Source: Nitrospirota bacterium
Lineage (GTDB): Bacteria; Nitrospirota; Thermodesulfovibrionia; Thermodesulfovibrionales; UBA9159
Length of the DNA: 64,000 bases
Assembly (NCBI GenBank): GCA_963699545.1
Contig: CAVOUE010000003.1
Coordinates: forward strand, 32,001 to 96,000
Direction of reading: 5' to 3'
Below the pieces are notes generated by a model. It ran no database searches and was not told where the DNA came from. It saw only the letters and a list, made by a program, of their open reading frames with translations. Both the position numbers and the translations under genes were made by a program. Positions 62,305 to 64,000 of the stretch are shown here, one piece after another (within the stretch, counting starts at the first letter, position 1; every line of letters begins with the position of its first letter).

Positions 62305-64000
62305 TCAATTCAGGATTCCCAATTCATGAAACATCTTCGAAAGCTTTGTTTTCGCCACTTCAGGCGTAAAATTCCCTTTCACCCATTCGAAGGAGTTCTT
62401 GGAAACCCTGCGCCATGTTCCCTCGTCTCTGTAAAGTCTGATAACCCTCTCTGCAAATTCTTCCGCGCTGTCGGCGATAAGAGCGTTCGCGTCGTTCTCC
62501 AATCCCAGTCCTTCAGCGCCAATGGTCGTTGTGACGATCGGTAACCCATAACTCATACTATGAATGATCTTCCCTTTCACTCCTGCCCCATATCTGACAG
62601 GTGCCACGCACACCCTCGTTGACTGAAAATAATGTGACACATCGGGGACGTAACCCGTAACAACAACGTTTTCGGAAGAGAGACCCTTGACCTTCTTTGT
62701 CGGGTAGCTGCCAATGATGTAGAACTTGATATCGGGGATCTCCCCTATTATCCTTGGGAGTACCTCCTGCGTAAACCAGCATACACCATCTTCATTGGGC
62801 GGATGTACAAAGCCTCCGATAAACATGATGTCTTTTCTGCCTGAAAAGCCATTCATGGAGATGGTGCCGAGGGGATGAACATGAGGCATGTGATATACCG
62901 CCAGGGAATGATCCTCCTGCAGCATTAACTCCTTCTCATATGGGCTCACCACGATCATGGCATCGCTCATCTTCGCGAGATTAAATTCCCTCTGTTTTAT
63001 TTTATGGATCTCTCCCCGCAACTTGCTGTTATTCTCCACCTCTGCACGCCTTCTTTCCCTTAAGAAAGCAAGGTCATGAGAGTCATAGACGATTTTCGCA
63101 GCTGTGGCCTTCTTAATCTTATTAATGTACTTGATCGCGATATGGGCTCTTGAGAGATACGCTACATCGAAATATTTTCCGACCCCATCAATGTATTTAT
63201 TGAAGTCATTGCAGCCGTAAATCACCTCGATCCCCATTTGCTGCAGCTCTCCGGTATACGGCTCCATTCTTGCCAAATTATCAGGCCAAAAGACTATCTT
63301 AAACCCCATTTCAATAAAGTATCTTCAGATACTCATACATCCTTACAGAACCCGCATCTTTGTCGTGTGTAGGTACATAGTGGTCTATAAACAACATCCT
63401 CTTTTTCTTCTTGTAATTCCGTTCCTTCGCAAGGAAGACATCCGTGCCTGCAGGCACGTGTTCATTCACCAGAACAGTCTTCCACTTTTCAACAAATTTC
63501 TCCCTGTTGATCTCCTGATACTTCTTTATTCCTGTTGAGATGTCCGTTCCCGCGGTTGTCCCTTCGAAGTGGATTACCTCTGCTCTGGGCTGGTATACCG
63601 TCTTGTATCCCAGTGTCCTCAGCGTGAACGCCAGATCAGAGTCCTCGCAAAATGCAGGACTGTATCGAACGTCAAAGCCGTTGACCCTTTCGAACAGGTC
63701 CTTTCTGACAAGGATACACGCACCTGAACAGTAATCGACCTCTCTCTGATAGTTGTATTCGGGTTTTTCGGGATCATCGTTTCTTCCATAGTTCCATGCA
63801 GAGCCATCACTCCACACTATTCCGCCGGCTTCTTGCAATTTCCCGTTCGGATAGATCAGTTTCGCCCCGACAATTCCTATGGAACGGTCTTCCTTTGCCG
63901 GCCCCAATAACGCCTTCAACCACCCCTTTGTCACCTTTGTGTCATTGTTCAAAAAAACTACATAATCTCCTATTGCAGCCCTGGAGCCTATATTACATGC
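62305..64000 (-). CDS. GT2 + GT4 fusion glycosyltransferase (5' end outside the window; frameshift near 63315)
   Basis: FLNNDT, VDYCSGAC and EDSD (GT2); PTHDKDAGS, GGFVHPPN and GAGVKGK (GT4-like). Removing one T gives KILIEMGF. Confidence 0.88.

Noticed and set aside
7927-63320. Mass pseudogenisation of the locus (12 broken reading frames)
   Set aside because: All breaks are single-base, include the housekeeping gene purL, show no accompanying nonsense decay, and mostly share one motif or a homopolymer. Sequencing error is more parsimonious.
1-64000. CRISPR array, rRNA, tRNA, transposase/integrase or defence system
   Set aside because: No regularly spaced repeats, RNA-gene signatures or recognisable mobile/defence ORFs were seen; the direct repeats found are gene-junction duplications.

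Overview
Bacterial chromosomal window of moderate-to-high GC. Gene style suggests Nitrospirota or a deltaproteobacterium, but that is an inference only. Positions 1-9.2 kb are housekeeping: a PilZ/DUF4388 gene, ribH-nusB-metallophosphoesterase-purB, a vestigial purS and a large fused purL. Positions 9.3-64 kb are one large cell-surface locus. It contains two paralogous secreted proteins that look like S-layer subunits; the larger one has three tandem near-consensus sigma70 promoters plus a sigma54-like site. Each paralog is followed by a terminator and a BNR/Asp-box propeller plus a small conserved domain, which are separate genes in one copy and fused in the other. The locus also encodes three tandem TMTC-like GT-C/TPR glycosyltransferases, an orphan GspC/GspD pair, two Wzm/Wzt exporters, three polyprenyl-P-sugar synthase-like GT2s, hddA/hddC, wecB, a GT2-radical SAM fusion and many other GTs. 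Best hypothesis: a dedicated system for secreting, assembling and glycosylating an S-layer-type surface protein. Twelve apparent 1-nt frameshifts are present. Nine can be repaired at the motif GGAGA(C/T), which points to systematic, possibly methylation-induced, long-read errors rather than pseudogenes. Two 100-300 bp gene-junction duplications mark cassette insertions in the glycan cluster. No rRNA, tRNA, CRISPR array or transposase was recognised.
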